A stretch of 64,000 bases of DNA from Selaginella moellendorffii (Eukaryota; Plantae; Lycopodiophyta): NCBI RefSeq assembly GCF_000143415.4, contig NW_003314290.1, forward strand, positions 124,001 through 188,000, written 5' to 3'. Of the stretch, positions 1 to 11,129 are shown in pieces. The notes beneath the pieces were generated by a model, which was given only the letters and a program-made list of their open reading frames with translations, searched no databases and had not been told where the DNA came from. Numbering within the stretch: the stretch's first letter is position 1; each line of letters starts with the position of its first letter. Made by a program: the position numbers and the translations under genes.

Positions 1-1877
1 CTACACGCTCCAAGAAACGCCCCCCAGGAAGCTCCGTCCGCCAGCCAAGGCATCACTTGGATCAAAGCCTCGGCCCGCTCCGTGTGCCCGGACTTCCCGA
101 GAATGTCAATCAAACAGCAGTAGTGCTCCTGCCGAGGAGTGATCCCGTAATCGCTTTCCATGGACCGGAAGAAGCAGCACCCTTGTTCGAGCATTCCTTC
201 GTGGCTACAAGCTCCTAGAACGCTCAACAAGCTCGTAGTATCCGGCTCCAAGCCCTCTTGCTCCATCCTCCTGAAGAGCTCCAGCGATCTTTTCCCGTGA
301 CCAAGCGCAACCACCATCGTCGTCCACGAAACTAGATCTTTCATTGGCATTTTTTCAAAGAACTGGCTCGCTAGCCCGGCTTGGGCATACCCTTTCAGCA
401 TTATATTCCATGCAAACATGCCCTTCTCGGGCATATCCTCCCAAATGCCATGAGCCTTGAGAAGATTCCCTGACCCGACGAGCATCTCCAGAACTATTGT
501 CCATGATACCAAATTCACATCTACCATCGATTTGAACATAGCCATGCCTTCCTCTATACATCCACTTCTTACAAAAGCGTGAAGTAAAGCATTATTTACT
601 TTGGCATTATGTATGGGCATCTTATCATACATGGATTTGGCCATCTCTAAGTCACCATTCTGCGAATATGCGGTGACCATAGACGTACACGCGACTAAGC
701 TTTGACTGGGCATCCGGTCAAACATAGTCTTTGCTTTGATCACGTTGCCACTCCTTGCGTAGGAAGCCAGCATGACGTTCCAACAGATTAAGTTCCATTC
801 GGGCATATTTTCAAAGAATGTGATCTCTGCTTGTTTTTCGTTTAAGGCTGCTAGCAATGTAGTCCATGAGACAATGTCATGTTGGGGCATAGAGTGAAAA
901 ACCCTTTTGGCGGTATCTATTTCGTTCGCATGAGAATATGCGTGGAGCAATGCTGCCCATGAAACAATGTCCCTCTCAGGCATGGAATCAAACAGTTCCT
1001 GAGCCTGATAGATATGCCCGTTTCGGGCATATTCTGAAAGGAGTATATTCCAGGACCTGAGATCCCATTGAGGAATCTGTCTAAAAAGGAGAACTGCCCG
1101 TGATTCATGTGCCTCACAGTAAGCTTGCAAAAGTATATTCCAAGCGAGAACAGTGTTGTGAGGCATTGAGTCGAAGACTTGTTTAGCTCCACTTAGATGC
1201 CCAGCACGGGTATATACTTGAAGGATTGTTATCCAAGATACAAGATTCCTTTCTGGCATTGCGTCAAAGGTTTCTGATGCTGCGGGAATGTTTCCAAGCT
1301 GGAAATATGCTGCAAGCATGGAGTTCCAAGATGCTAGATTCTTTTGTGGCATTTGTTCGAAGAGAATCTTGGCTGACTCAACATCACAGTTTCGACAATA
1401 GGCCGAAATCATAGTGTTGTATGAAACAACACTCCGATCTGGAAGTCCATCGAAAAGGGATTTGACCTCACTGAACTGGTCATTTTGTGAATATGCCGAT
1501 ATCAACGAGTTCCAAGAAACTACACTCCAAAAGGGCATCTTATCAAAAATATCCTTTGCTCCATTTAAATCCCCACTTTCTGCATAGGCCGCCAACATCG
1601 CATTCCACGAAACCTCATTCCGATCCGGCATTACATCAAAAAGATGCTTCGATTTAAGAAAATGCCTCTCTTGGGCATATGCCGAGAGCATTGTGTTCCA
1701 CGATACTATGCTCTTATGTGGAATGGAATTAAAACAAATTTCCGCCCCTCGTATATTCCCGTTCCTAGAATAAGCGGCTAAAAGTTTATTCCATGAAATG
1801 GTATCTTCTGGATTTGCAGGCACACACACGCACTCGATCTTTTCTAGATGCCCATTGTGGGCATAATTCGTAGACAT
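1..1877 (-). CDS. PLS-class PPR protein (tandem short motifs plus E domain), runs off the left edge of the window
   Basis: Hand translation gives one uninterrupted frame from ATG at 1877 to the edge (>620 aa). It has repeated 'FDxMPxxxxVSWNxMLxAYAxxG' units and ends in SVLGACSHEG...YGITPRQEHYCCLIDILGKSG...MPWLADGASWGAFLGAC. Absent from the ORF track, probably because no stop lies in the window. Confidence 0.9.
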   Translation of the reverse strand, partial: MSTNYAHNGHLEKIECVCVPANPEDTISWNKLLAAYSRNGNIRGAEICFNSIPHKSIVSWNTMLSAYAQERHFLKSKHLFDVMPDRNEVSWNAMLAAYAESGDLNGAKDIFDKMPFWSVVSWNSLISAYSQNDQFSEVKSLFDGLPDRSVVSYNTMISAYCRNCDVESAKILFEQMPQKNLASWNSMLAAYFQLGNIPAASETFDAMPERNLVSWITILQVYTRAGHLSGAKQVFDSMPHNTVLAWNILLQAYCEAHESRAVLLFRQIPQWDLRSWNILLSEYARNGHIYQAQELFDSMPERDIVSWAALLHAYSHANEIDTAKRVFHSMPQHDIVSWTTLLAALNEKQAEITFFENMPEWNLICWNVMLASYARSGNVIKAKTMFDRMPSQSLVACTSMVTAYSQNGDLEMAKSMYDKMPIHNAKVNNALLHAFVRSGCIEEGMAMFKSMVDVNLVSWTIVLEMLVGSGNLLKAHGIWEDMPEKGMFAWNIMLKGYAQAGLASQFFEKMPMKDLVSWTTMVVALGHGKRSLELFRRMEQEGLEPDTTSLLSVLGACSHEGMLEQGCCFFRSMESDYGITPRQEHYCCLIDILGKSGHTERAEALIQVMPWLADGASWGAFLGAC

Positions 1878-1971
1878 TGAGAATTTGGAGCTTGCAATAA
1901 AGTCAAAACTGGCACTAAAATATAATAGTTAAAATAGATTAATACGGTATTGCGTTTGTTTTTAAAAATGT

Positions 1972-1977
1972 GGCCCA
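1972..1977. promoter_or_regulatory. Site II element (GGCCCA) in the ~350-bp divergent intergenic region between the PPR and HMA5-like genes
   Basis: Sequence tggcccattt between two head-to-head genes. Confidence 0.35.
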
Positions 1978-2225
1978 TTTAAATCGACGGTAGAGATTGG
2001 GGACGAGGGTTTTTTCAAACGCAAAGCTCCCGGCATCTGCTCACGCATGATCGCATCGCATTGACTGATCGGTGGCGCTGCGCAGGCGCTGTCACTGGCA
2101 ATCGCGAGCTCGCATTCCCTCCATCCTTTTCTCTTCGATCTTGGAGCGCCTAGGGTATTGTGGCCATAATCACAGGCTTTCTTGTTTGAATTTCACTCAA
2201 TTCCTCGTCGATCCCAGGTCTCGCA

Positions 2226-5200
2226 ATGTCGAATCGCGGCATCGACATGGTTCTTGTCAAGACGATCGACGGATCGCCGTCGCCCGATCCGGCGGCGGTG
2301 CTACTGCCCGCTCGCTATCCATCCATGCCGAGGTATCCTCCCTCGCCGCCCAGGCCCGACATCGACGCCGCGCAAATCCAGAGCGTCTCCTTCAAGGTAA
2401 CGGGCATGAAATGCACTGCCTGTGCTGGATCTATCGAAAAGGCTCTCAAAAGACTCCCGGGGATCAAAGAGGCGGCGGTGGCGGTGATCCAAGAGAAGGC
2501 CCAGGTTGTCTTTCACCCAGCTTTCGTTGACGTAAGTTCTTTCTTTATTCTTTAGAAGCGAAGAACTTTTCTTTCGATCTAAAAGTCGTCGTTGTCCTGT
2601 TTTCCCACTTCCCAGGTAGAGACTATCCGCGAAGCCATTGTCGACGCTGGCTTTGACGCGGCCCTCTTGGAAGATCCTGTCGAGCAGTCGACCAACACAG
2701 TGTGTCGTCTCCGTGTCAGAGGCATGACTTGCACGTCGTGCTCGGGTTCGATCGAGGCGGCGCTCAGGAAGATCCAGGGGGTGAAAACTGCGGTGGTGGC
2801 TCTCGCCACCGAGCAGGCTGAGATCCTCCATGACCCCAGAGTGGTGAGCTGCGCGAAACTTATGGAAGCTGTGGAGGATGTTGGCTTCGAGGCCGAGTTG
2901 ATCAGCGCCGGAGAGGAGAGGAACAAGGTCCACTTGCAGCTGGAAGGGGTGCATTCGCAAGAAGGCTTTCGAAACATCGTCACCTCGCTCGAGGCTTTGG
3001 CTGGGGTGACGGAGGTGGAGCTTTTCCCTACGGAGGAAAGAGTGGTGGTTTCTTACGACCCGGACTTAACAGGACCGCGATGTTTCATAGAGATCATCGA
3101 GCAGACGGGACCGGCGAATATGTACAAAGCTCGTTTGGCTATGGGAGCAGACCGTCGTCCGGATATGAAGACCGAGATCAAGCACTACTGGAACCTCTTC
3201 TTATGGAGCATAATCTTCACGGTTCCGGTGTTCTTGCTGGGGATGGTGTTCATGTACACTCCGGGCATCAAGAGACACATCGAGAAGAAGGTGATCAACA
3301 TGTTGTCCATCGGACAGATACTGCGCTGGGTCTTGTCTACACCAGTCCAGTTCATCATTGGGTGGCGTTTCTACGTCGGGGCTTACAATGCGCTGCGACA
3401 TGGCTCGGCCAACATGGACGTTCTCATAGCTCTCGGAACGAATGCTGCGTACTTCTACTCGGTCTACACTGTTCTACGATCTGCGACGTCCCATTCCTTC
3501 GAAGGGACGGACTTTTTCGAGACGAGTTCCATGCTCATATCGTTTATCTTGCTGGGGAAGTTCCTGGAGGTTCTGGCCAAAGGGAAAACGTCGGAGGCCA
3601 TTGCGAAACTTATGAGTCTTACGCCGGATACGGCCATCCTTCTCACGGTGGACGAGGGAGGAAGCGTTGTTTCCGAGCGTGAAATAAGTACGCAGCTCAT
3701 ACAACGAAACGACATCGTCAAAGTCTTGCCTGGTTCCAAAGTGCCAGCGGATGGAGAGGTCACTTGGGGACAGAGTCATGTAAACGAGAGCATGATTACT
3801 GGTGAAGCTCGACCGGTTGCAAAACACGGCGGAGACAAAGTCATTGGTGGAACTATGAACGAAAACGGGGTGCTTCACGTACGGGCAACTCATGTTGGAT
3901 CCGAGACGGCTCTTGCACAGATCGTTAGACTGGTGGAGGCGGCACAAATGGCCAAAGCTCCCGTTCAGAAGTTCGCTGATCGTATATCTCGATACTTCGT
4001 TCCCATGGTACGCGTATGTGTTTCGCTGTTGTGTGACTGATGGTTCTTCTTTTACTTCTTTCAGGTTGTTCTTGCATCAGCTTTAACATGGGGTCTGTGG
4101 TTTGCTGCTGGAAAAGCTAGCTGGTATCCCAAGTCTTGGATCCCATCGAGCATGGACGAATTCGAACTGGCACTTCAATTCGGCATCGCTGTGCTGGTCA
4201 TTGCATGTCCTTGCGCCCTGGGGCTTGCTACGCCTACTGCTGTCATGGTTTCAACTGGAAAAGGAGCCACGCAAGGTGTTCTTATCAAAGGTGGTGCTGC
4301 TTTGGAGATGGCACGCAACGTAAGTAGTTCACGTCCGAGAGAGTTGTACTTGAGCTGTTTATTTTCAGGTTGACTGCATTGTGTTCGACAAGACGGGTAC
4401 ACTTACGAAGGGAGAGCCGAGTGTTGTTAACACGAAGCTATTTCAGAACATTGCTCTGAAGGTGTTCTTTACGATCGTTGCTAGTGCCGAGGTACGAGGG
4501 ATGTGTTTCCGTCTCGACAAGTATTTTAACATGTTTGGTTTTGTTGTCGCAGGCCAACAGCGAGCATCCCCTAGCCAAGGCAATAGTCGAGTATGCAAAA
4601 GGTCTGAGCGCAGAAGAACCCTTTGAGCAGCAGCAAGTGGAGGATTTCAAAGCTATCCCTGGACAGGGAATTCAAGCAGTTGTGATGGGAAAAGGACTGC
4701 TGGTTGGGAACCAAAAACTCATGTCTGAGAACGGGGTCTCACTTCCTCTGGAAGCCTCAGAGCAGCTCAAGGACGTTGAAGTGCTGGCCAGGACGGCGGT
4801 GCTGGTTGCAGTCGACGGGGAACTCACGGGCATCATCTCCATAGCAGACCCGATCAAACCAGAGGCGCCGGCAGTGATCTCCATGCTCAAGCTGATGAAG
4901 ATCAAGAGCATCATAGTGACTGGAGATAACCGAGGCACAGCTCTCGCGGTTGCTCGAGAGGTTGGTATCCGGACGGAGGACGTGATAGCCGAGGCCGATC
5001 CAAAAGCCAAGGCCGAGAGAGTCAAGGAGTTGCAAGTAAGTTGGCCATTTCTCTTTCCAAGCTCGAGACTAATGCTTTGGTTTTGAAACTTTAGAGCGCG
5101 GGCATGGTGATCGCAATGGTCGGAGATGGTATCAACGATTCCCCAGCTCTGGTTGCCGCGGACGTTGGAGTTGCCATTGGTGCCGGCACGGACATAGCGA

Positions 5201-5493
5201 TCGAGGCCGCGGACATAGTTCTCATGAAGAGCCACCTCGAGGACGTGGTCACCGCCATCGATTTGTCCAGGAAGACGTTCTCGAGGATCCGACTCAACTA
5301 CGTCTGGGCTCTGGGATACAACGTCCTGGGAATCCCAATCGCGGCTGGAGCGCTCTATCCTTCCGCGAGGTTCCGGCTTCCACCATGGATCGCTGGAGCT
5401 GCCATGGCGGCCTCGTCCGTGAGCGTCGTGTGCTCGTCGCTGCTACTCAAATACTACAAGAGGCCGAAGAAGCTGGAGCACATCGTCCACTAA
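2226..5493 (+). CDS. HMA5: Copper-transporting P1B-type ATPase (HMA5-like); exons 2226-2531, 2616-4007, 4065-4319, 4369-4491, 4553-5035, 5095-5493
   Basis: Two CxxC HMA domains (GMKCTAC, GMTCTSC) plus a degenerate third, then [35 protein letters not shown] and MAASS. All introns are GT-AG and keep the frame. Confidence 0.93.
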
Positions 5494-5843
5494 AGAACGA
5501 TCGATCGAAGGTTTGGATTTCTAGTTTCTAGCACTACCTACTTGTACAGGTGATAGCTCTTTGGCGAGTAACCGATGATCTTGCTATCCTTTGCCTTTTC
5601 TTGCGAGCTCGATCGCTTCGTCCAGCAGACCTTTCAAAGACCGGGCCATTTGTCTAGAGGAAAAGAGATGGAGTGAGAATGGCGAGAAAGAGAGAAAGAG
5701 AGAAGACTACCTGGTGGATTCGATGTTGTCGAAGATAAACTTGGCTCTATCTTGGAGAGCGCCCACTGCCCATCTCTTGATCAAGTACCTTTGCTTCTTT
5801 GCCGGGAGTGGATGCTTTGTCCTGGGCATAGAAAAGATTTATT

Positions 5844-5851
5844 TAGGGTTT
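5844..5851. promoter_or_regulatory. Telo-box (TAGGGTTT) just upstream of the APO start codon
   Basis: atttagggtttatag, ~14 nt before ATG 5865. Confidence 0.5.
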
Positions 5852-5864
5852 ATAGTGACTGGCT

Positions 5865-7543
5865 ATGGCGGGGGAGAGCAATGCGGCCCTGGCCAGCGGA
5901 TGCCCGTGCTCGTTTCTAGGCGCTCGGAGCCGGATTTCCTCGCAGCGGCATTGCGCGCCTGGATTTCAGGTGAGTGGCTCTGATTTTGGCGTTTCTCCTT
6001 GTGAAAATGCGATGCGTTTGTTCTGAAGATTTCGAGTGCTTTGCATTGCATTTGTCTCACTTGTTCTTCTGTTTTCTCGATCCAGATCATCGGAAAAGGA
6101 AGAAAAATCTCCAGACTCTACTCCGTTAGAATGTGCCAGCAAAGTTCTCCCGGATCAAAGGATGTTTTCCACTCGGTCCCAGAGTACGTGTTCCCGCAGA
6201 ACCTCGATCTACCGCCGGTTCTCCCGACCAACAAGAAGAGACCATACGTGAGGCCGATCAAGCTCGTCCTCCGGGAGAGTCGACGAAGGAAGAAGCTGGG
6301 GCTGATACCACACTTTTGGGACGCTCCACGCAACGGGATGCTCGTGGAGCGCCTCATTCCCGTGGCGTACGAGGTGATGAAGCAGCTGGGAATCCTGGAA
6401 GAAGGGGTGAAGAAACTCATGGAAGTTGTTCCAGTGCAAGCTTGCAGGTAACTCTCTCGTCTCTCGTCTCTGCTTGTATTCATTTCTAAAGTCTTGACAG
6501 TGTGATCTTCACACAGTTGCTGCAAAGACATCCATGTTGGAGCGTCCGGCCACCTGATAAGAACTTGCAAAGGCTCCGGCTGTGCTTCACGGCGAGGCGC
6601 TCACGCGTGGATAAAAGCCTATCCCCCGGACGTGCTCGTTCCAACAGAGTGCTACCACATCCTGGATAGGCTGGCTTCTCCGATCATCCACGAACAAAGG
6701 TTCTCGGTTCCCAGGCTGTGTGCCATCACCGAGCTCTGCATCCAAGCTGGCTACGAGCATCCGGACTATCCGGTGGTGAGATGGGCCAGGATATCCGGCA
6801 GGCAGGTCGGCAGCGGCCGAGCTCAAGTTGCCGAGTCCCGGCTGCTCAAGCCGTATACGGGATTTCCTGGCGATTCCGGGCACACTGCGGGCAGGAAAGA
6901 CTCGACCAAGGAAGGGAGATTTGTCCGCAAGATGCTAAGGCCAGGGACTGACAACACCATCTTTGGGGAGCCGAACGAAGCCGAGGATGGGGACGAAGAG
7001 CTGGAAACCACTAACAGGGAAGAAGACGAAGAAGAAGAAGAAGACCAAGTTGGCGGAATCGAAGAAGAGGCCCAAGGTAGTGAAGAGAGCTTCCTGGAGG
7101 GAAGAGTTTTTGATCCGGCAAGAGACGAGATAGTGGCGACGGCCGAGAGAACTATCGAGGCGTTCCACACGGTGAGGAAGGGCATCCAGCTGATGATGAA
7201 GAAGTACGTTGTCAAGGCGTGCGGTTACTGCCCCGAGATCCACGTCGGGCCTCGCGGCCACCGGGTGAAGATTTGCGGAGCTTTCAAGCACCAGCAGCGG
7301 GATGGCAAGCACGGGTGGCAAGAGGCCGCGCTGAGCGATATCTTTCCTCCGAATTTCGTGTGGCACGTCCCGAGCGGCCATAGCCCGGCTCTGCGGCCGG
7401 AGCTGCGGCGGTACTATGGACAGGCACCCGCAGTGGTGGAGCTGTGTGTGCAAGCAGGTGCTCGGGTGCCCGTGAAGTGGAAGCCTTTTATGAGGAGCGA
7501 TGTTGTCATACCGGATGTAGAAGAGAAGAGTGTTGTATGCTGA
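5865..7543 (+). CDS. APO-domain (DUF794) zinc-binding RNA-binding protein, APO1-like plastid group II intron splicing factor; exons 5865-5969, 6086-6447, 6517-7543
   Basis: Ser/Arg/Ala-rich transit-peptide-like N-terminus, PQNLDLPPVLPTNKKRPY, and two APO repeats (CSCCKDIHVGASGHLIRTC; CGYCPEIHVGPRGHRVKIC...HGWQ...YYGQAPAVVELC). Confidence 0.88.
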
Positions 7544-7666
7544 CGAAAATAGCGTCTCAAAATTTCCAAAAAGTTTGTAAAAGCATTCTAGCTGTGAATA
7601 ATTTGTTCGTGAACAATAGTATACAGCATATTACGTTATAGTAGAGACTTTTTAACTACTTCAACA

Positions 7667-8795
7667 ATGAGCAAGGTTTTAAGGTGGTTTATCGACTCGT
7701 CACAATTCTCAAGCTGCCTCGGTTCTTGCAGGTTTTTGCTTTTGTTTTTGTGTATGGCAGCAAGCCAGCGCGCTGTGAGATACTCTAGATACTCTCATGA
7801 CACCATCTCTAGCAGCCACCAACATTGGCACTCCCAGATCCTGAGTTGGAAGAAGTGGCGAGAATGGAGTGTCCACCACCTTGGTGTGTCAAGAGAGCTG
7901 CGAAGTTTCCATCTCTAGCAGCACCAACATTGGCACTCCGGATCCCGAGTTGGAAGAAGTGGTGAGAATGGAGTCGCCACCACCTTGGTGTGTCATGAGA
8001 TCCATCTCTAGCAGCACCAACCTTGGCACTCCCGTTGGCGAGAATGGAGTCTCTGCCACCTTGGCGTGTCAAGGATCCGCCACCTGGGGACTCCCGTCCT
8101 CAACTAGCTCGGACTCGCCGGATTGCACAGGAAAAAGATCCATCTCTAGGTCAACCGGTGGCTCTCCCTGATCCAGCAGGAGTGGTAAAAGTCGATCACG
8201 CAGTGATTCGGTCGACTCTCAAGGGTGGTGTTCAAGCAGCAGCTCTTCTCGATCAGGATATGATTTTATCGACTCTTAAGGATGCAGCTCTTCCCGAGAT
8301 AGTGGAAGAAGTGGCGAGAATGGGACTCCCCTCCTCAACCAGCGCGCAGGAGAAGCTCTGGTCGACACCACCAGCGAGGGACGCGTCGGTCTCGAGTTTG
8401 GAAGCAGCTCCGGTCGACATCGCCAGCGAGGGACGCGTCGGTCTCGCGTTTTCCATATCCTCTCGAAGAAGGCCGCGGTGTTACTGAGCAGGAAGTGGAT
8501 CGATCCTTGTGGGAGAACCGGCGGAGCTTGCTTTGCCTGTATCCCTTGGGCATCACCCCCGGCGCTAGCATTTGCAGCGAGAGCAGCTCGCGCTTGAGGT
8601 CTTGGAGCAGCGGCAGTGGCATCAGGACTAGTGCTGCCTCCGGTCGTTGCGCTGCCCGCCTTCGTCTTCATCCTGTGTTGCATCTCCGTGCTCGTCGGCA
8701 TGAGGAAGTCGGACTTAACGCCTTGGCGGAAGCGTGAGAGGAATCGTGTGAACTCGTCGGCTCTAAATTACTCAGTTTATTCTTCTTTTGATTGA
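7667..8795 (+). pseudogene. Orphan repeat-containing membrane-protein gene, probably frameshifted
   Basis: Signal-peptide-like start MSKVLR|FLLLFLCMAASQRA (48-nt intron 7684-7731). Three ~95-bp repeats encode ISSSTNIGTPDPELEEVVRMESPPPWCV, with an indel in the first. RRSLL motif at ~8519. A C-terminal hydrophobic helix plus basic tail (GLVLPPVVALPAFVFILCCISVLVGMRK) lies in a different frame. Confidence 0.45.
7803..8095 (+). repeat. Tandem repeat, 3 copies of ~95-105 bp
   Basis: Unit ccatctctagcagcaccaac(a/c)ttggcactcc...gagaatggagt...ccaccttgg(t/c)gtgtca at ~7803, 7909 and 8002; partial copy at 8140. Confidence 0.85.
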
Positions 8796-8859
8796 TCCCG
8801 ATATGCATTTTAGCCCTCAGTTAAAATGCCCTAAACTCTAGGGCTTTTGGGGCGGAAAA

Positions 8860-9085
8860 ATGGAGCACAAGAGCAGTGCTAGATTCCATCGCCATGCTGC
8901 CGCGGACAATCCCACGCTCGTAAGATACGTTCCTTTCCTCGTTGTGGCGCTCGTCGTGGCGCATCTTCTCGCATTTGTAAGCTCTTTGGCTATCTTTTCT
9001 TTCTTTTGTTTATCCGTCCAAGCAGGCATTTTGGATCTACAAGGTCATGACAGAGAAACCCAGACAACGAAGAAAGACGCACTGA
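8860..9085 (+). CDS. 58-aa single-pass membrane microprotein; exons 8860-8976 and 9026-9085
   Basis: Splicing the 49-nt GTAAG...CAG intron gives MEHKSSARFHRHAAADNPTLVRYVPFLVVALVVAHLLAFAFWIYKVMTEKPRQRRKTH*. From memory, it resembles a conserved small plant protein with 'AHxLAxxxWIYxxxTEK'. Confidence 0.75.
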
Positions 9086-9383
9086 TCGATCAAAGGTTTA
9101 AATTCCTTGCGGCAGGACGCAAGGATTTTTGTGCTTGCGACAATTCACGTTTTTGTACACTTGACTTGTTCTTGTTTGTTCCTTCGAAAATCGCAATCCT
9201 GGCATGCTTCAACGTAAAATTCTTGACTTGAACTCCGAGTATGTGATGTCATCTGATTTGGACAAAACGGAAGTCCTTTGCCTGCCAAATCGTTTTCATA
9301 TCCTCAAAAGACTTGGAACTTGACTGCAAGAGCTCTAAAAGCGATAAGCTTTGGGAGTACGCAATACCGAACTCTACATTCTC

Positions 9384-11129
9384 ATGGAATCCTTTGGAAA
9401 TAGAAGCTCTAGAACTAGTGCAATGGAAGATCAGATTAGTAGAGTTTTCCTCCGGCGAGGCTCCGCGTTTGATGCATGGCTCACAGCCACTACTGTGCAA
9501 GTAAATGCTTCTCTACAGCACATTTTAGTTTGTAGATTTGGAATTTTCTTCACTCTTGTAGGTAGCGCAAGTTCTTCTTACACTCCCACACTCTTTTGCT
9601 CAAATGGGGCTGGCATCAGGAGTGGTATTTCAGCTTTTATATGGTGCTCTTGGATGTTGGAGCTGCTATATGACTACATCCCTGTATGCTGATTATATTT
9701 GGATATTAGACTCGCAAAAATTGCGAAAAGAAAATCATATTATTCAGGTCTGAAAAGGAATGAATTTCTCATAAGATCTTCTATGAACAAATGCTTTGGT
9801 GGCAGTGGTATGAAGTTTTGGAAGCCCTTTTGGGTCGATGGTGGAAAGCACTTGGTTTGCTATTCAACTGCATGCTGATGTTGAGTGCTGCAACAATTCA
9901 GTTGGTAGCTTGTGGGAAGTGAGTATTTTAATAAGGATCTTGTATAATTCTTAAAATTGGACTACAGCACTGTATGGTACATAAATGACAACCTTGATAA
10001 AAGGACTTGGACATATATTTTTGGAGCTATATGTTTCTCTACATTATTCATTCGAATGGCTCGCAATTATCACCTTTGGATGTTCTTAGGTGTTTTTATG
10101 ACAAGTTACACTGCTTGGTACATGACAATTGCTGCACTATTTTTTGAGAAGGTAGGAGATTCTGAAAATTAAACTCTGGAATATATAATGTTTGCTTTGC
10201 AGCATCAGAATGCTGTACATACAGGCCCAACAAGCTCAGTTGAGTACTTCACAGGAACTACAAATATTATATACACATTTGGCAGTCATGCTCTAACCCT
10301 GTAAGCATCAATAAAATCATATTTCCAAAGCATTTGTACTTAGGCCTTATACTTTCACTGAAGGGAGATAATAGAAGCTATGGATCAGCCAAGAAAATTC
10401 AAGTTTGTTTATGTTTATGCCATTCTCTATATTCTCACACTTACATTACCATCAGCAATAAGTGTATATTGGAGGTTTGGAGATAAAATGCTTGAACATC
10501 CAAATGCTCTTGCCGTTTTTTCTCCATCTAAATTTAAGACTATAGCAGTAATTCTCATGCTAGCTCATCAGGTCAAAATGTTTATTCATAAGTTTACATT
10601 GTAATTCACAAACTTTTATTGTGCAGATAATTGAGTTTGCAGCATTTATAGTTCCCGTTTTTGCAATGTGGGAAAAGATGCTAGGCATTCATCACTCCAA
10701 TAACCAAACTATAAAATATCTTGCAAGGATACCAATTGTGCTTATAATATGTTTATTTGCACTTATGCTACCATTTTTTGGATCGATAAACTCAGTTGTG
10801 GGATCTTTCCTCTCCAGTATAGCAGTTTATATTCTTCCTTGTGTTGCATTTATGGTTATTAGACGACATGAAGAATCAAGAGAGGTAATTAAAACAATTT
10901 TTATAAGCAAATAAGTTAACTACTAAATAAATTTCAGAATGCTATAGAACAACCTCCAGTTTGGATTTTTAATAGTTGGGTGGGAGTTTACTGCATTAAT
11001 CTTGGGATTGTCCTATGGGTGGCAATTGTAGGTATGGGTTTTGGTGCATGGGCAAGCATGTATAGTTTATTTCACAAAGTTGAGCGCTTTGGATTGTTTT
11101 CTAAATGCTTTGAATGTAATAAACTTTAA
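9384..11129 (+). CDS. AUX1/LAX-like transporter, copy A (intact, divergent); exons 9384-9500, 9562-9747, 9806-9918, 9968-10151, 10203-10300, 10364-10571, 10627-10884, 10938-11129
   Basis: DAW..QVAQVLLTLP, NHIIQWYEVL, YINDNLDKRTWTYIFGA, YFTGTTNIIYTFGSHA, PFFGSINS, FGLFSKCFEC. The frame is intact across 8 exons. Confidence 0.9.
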
